Shown here one piece after another: positions 61,096 to 64,000 of a stretch of 64,000 nucleotides of DNA. Position 1 is the stretch's first letter. Each line of letters starts with the position of its first letter. The notes beneath the pieces are model-generated. The model searched no databases. It saw nothing but the letters and a program-made list of their open reading frames with translations, and was not told the DNA's origin. The stretch comes from Macrostomum lignano (taxonomy: Eukaryota): positions 474,260-538,259 of the forward strand of contig NIVC01000553.1 of the NCBI GenBank assembly GCA_002269645.1, written 5' to 3'. Both the position numbers and the translations under genes were made by a program.

Positions 61096-61654
61096 GGTCA
61101 ACTGCGTGAAGTTAGGATTAATAAAAGAGTGAACTGCAATTAATCCTAACTATAGAAAATTTGCTGGATTCAATAAGAAACAAAATGTTAGTCACACAGA
61201 CAGAGCAGACCTCATTTGTCTGGTTAAAACTATATATAAGAATTACTTTAATACAGCCATAGCTTGCTGCATTTTATTAATGACCTAAATTTAGGATTTC
61301 GACGTCTAAAGAGAGTCGGAGACGCTGTTTTATAGTTTGCAGAATTCAAATTCAGATTTTTAATGCTTTCGGTTTGCTAGTAAGGGGTGCAATAATAAAG
61401 TCCCAGACTTGGCCCTGTAATAGAATCTCCTAGTGGCTTCCCTCAGGAAATTTCTGCTGCAGAGATTGAGAGGATCGCGGATCAATTAGTGCGGGTAACG
61501 GCTATTCTTCCCATGCATAGAAACTAATTTTTGGTTTCCCATGCATTGTATTTATATGCCATTGGTAATTTTGCCCGTATGGTAAACAAGTATGTGTGAC
61601 TATTTTAATTAAATAAACGTTAAGTTTTTGTAGACCTAATTCGGATGCCTGAAT

Positions 61655-64000
61655 GCGTGTCAGATGCTGTAGAATGAGTTTCAGTTGTAGAATGAGTGTC
61701 AGATGCTGTAGAATGAGTGTCAGATGCTTGTTAGAATGAGTGTCAGATGCTGTAGAATGAGTGTCAGTGTAGAATGAGTGTCGATGTAGAATGAGTGTCA
61801 GATGCTGTAGAATGAGTGTCAGATGCTGTAGAATGAGTGTCAGATGCTGTAGAATGAGTGTCAGATGCTTTAGAATGAGTGTCATGTTGTAGAATGAGTG
61901 TCAGATGCTGTAGAATGAGTGTCAGATGCTGTAGAATGAGTGTCAGATGCTGTAGAATGAGTGTCAGATGCTGTAGAATGAGTGTCAGATGCTTAGAATG
62001 AGTGTCAGTTTGTAGAATGAGTGTCAGATGCTGTAGAATGAGTGTCAGATGCTGTAGAATGAGTGTCAGATGCTGTAGAATGAGTGTCAGATGCTGTAGA
62101 ATGAGTGTCAGATGCTGTAGAATGAGTGTCAGATGCTGTAGAATGAGTATCAGATGCCGTGTGAGTATCAATGCTGTAGAATGAGTGTCAGATGCTGTAG
62201 AATGAGTGTCAGATGCTGTAGAATGAGTGTCAGATGCTGTAGAATGAGTGTCAGATGCCTGTAGAATGAGTGTCAGATGCTGTAGAATGAGTGTCAGATG
62301 CGTAGAATGAGTGTCAGATGCTGTAGAATGAGTGTCAGATGCTGTAGAATGAGTGTCAGATGCTGTAGAATGAGTGTCAGATGCTGTAGAATGAGTGTCA
62401 GATGCTAGAATGAGTGTCAGATGCTTAGAATGAGTGTCAGATGCTGTAGAATGAGTGTCAGATGCTGTAGAATGAGTGTCAGATGCTGTAGAATGAGTGT
62501 CAGATGCTGTAGTAGAATGAGTGTCAGATGCTGTAGAATGAGTGTCAGATGCGTTAGAATGAGTGTCAGATGCGTTAGAATGAGTGTCAGATGCTGTAGA
62601 ATGAGTATCAGATGCCGTAGAATGAGTCAGATGCAGTAGAATGAGTGTCAGATGCTGTAGAATGAGTGTCAGATGCTGTAGAATGAGTGTCAGATGCTGT
62701 AGAATGAGTGTCAGATGCTGTAGAATGAGTGTCAGATGATTGTAGAATGAGTGTCAGATGCTGTAGTAGAATGAGTGTCAGATGCTGTAGAATGAGTGTC
62801 AGATGCTGTAGAATGAGTGTCAGATGCTGTAGAATGAGTGTCAGATGCCGTAGAATGAGTGTCAGATGCAGTAGAATGAGTGTCGGATGCTGTAGAATGA
62901 GTGTCAGATGCTGTAGAATGAGTGTCAGATGCTGTAGAATGAGTGTCAGATGCTGTAGAATGAGTGTCAGATGCTGTAGAATGAGTGTCAGATGCTGTAG
63001 AATGAGTGTCAGATGCGTAGAATGAGTGTCAGATGCTGTAGAATGAGTGTCAGATGCTGTAGAATGAGTGTCAGATGCTGTAGAATGAGTGTCAGATGAT
63101 GTAGAATGAGTGTCAGATGCTGTAGAATGAGTGTCAGATGCTTAGAATGAGTTCAGAGGCGTTAGCAGAGTGTCAGATGCTGTAAAATGAGTGTCAGATG
63201 CTGTAGAATGAGTGTCAGATGCGTAGAATGAGTGTCAGATGCGTTAGAATGAGTGTCAGATGCTGTAGAATGAGTGTCAGATGCTGTAGAATGAGTGTCA
63301 GATGCTGTAGAATGAGTGTCAGATGCTGTTAGAATGAGTGTCAGATGTGAATGAGTGTCAGATGCTGTAGAATGAGTGTCAGATGCTGTAGAATGAGTGT
63401 CAGTTGCTGTAGAATGAGTGTCAGATGCTGTAGAATGAGTGTCAGATGCTGTATAGAATGAGTGTCAGATGCTGTAGAAATGAGTGTCAGATGCTGTAGA
63501 ATGAGTGTCAGATGCTGTAATGAGTGTCAGATGTAGAATGAGTGTCAGATGCTGTAGAATGAGTTGTCAGATGCTGTAGAATGAGTGTCAGATTGTAGAA
63601 TGAGTGTCAGATGCTGTAGAATGAGTGCGGTTCAGATGCTGTAGAATGAGTGTCAGATGCTGTAGAATGAGTGTCAGATGCTTAGAATGAGTGTCAGATG
63701 CTGTAGAATGAGTGTCAGATGCTGTAGAATGAGTGTTCAGATGCCTTAGAATGAGTATTCAATGCTGTAGAATGAGTGTCAGATGCTGTAGAATGAGTGT
63801 CAGATGCTGTATAGAATGAGTGTCAGATGCTGTAGAATGAGTGTCAGATGCCGTAGAATGAGTGTCAGATGCTGTTAGAATGGTGTCAGATGCTGTAGAA
63901 TGAGTGTCAGATGTTGTAGAATGAGTTCAGATGCTGTAGAATGAGTGTCAGATGCTGTAGAATGAGTGTCAGATGCTGTAGAATGAGTGTCAGATGCTGT
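61655..64000. repeat. 21-bp minisatellite (TGTAGAATGAGTGTCAGATGC) running off the window
   Basis: Over 100 tandem copies with scattered small indels. Confidence 0.97.

Overview
Eukaryotic animal genomic DNA, most likely a free-living flatworm such as Macrostomum. That identification is inferred from GC-rich polyQ/polyA exons, minisatellite-filled introns and a two-DBD nuclear receptor. I assembled nine spliced gene models by hand using GT-AG sites and intron phase. Minus strand: a type II membrane GT-A glycosyltransferase (missed by the ORF track), a SUMO-like-domain protein, a 14-exon HYOU1/GRP170, a small secreted orphan, a GIMAP/AIG1 GTPase and a 2DBD nuclear receptor (P-boxes CEACKK and CEGCKG). 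Plus strand: TFIIS and two unassigned genes. The window also has an internally deleted PIF/Harbinger element, two SINE-like families and about 40 distinct micro- and minisatellite arrays, usually one private unit per intron. Highlights: the two DBDs end at homologous phase-1 introns, so DBD2 is a skippable symmetric module; and one 75-bp array repeats a splice acceptor followed by an in-frame stop inside AATAAA. All splice models are unverified by transcript data.
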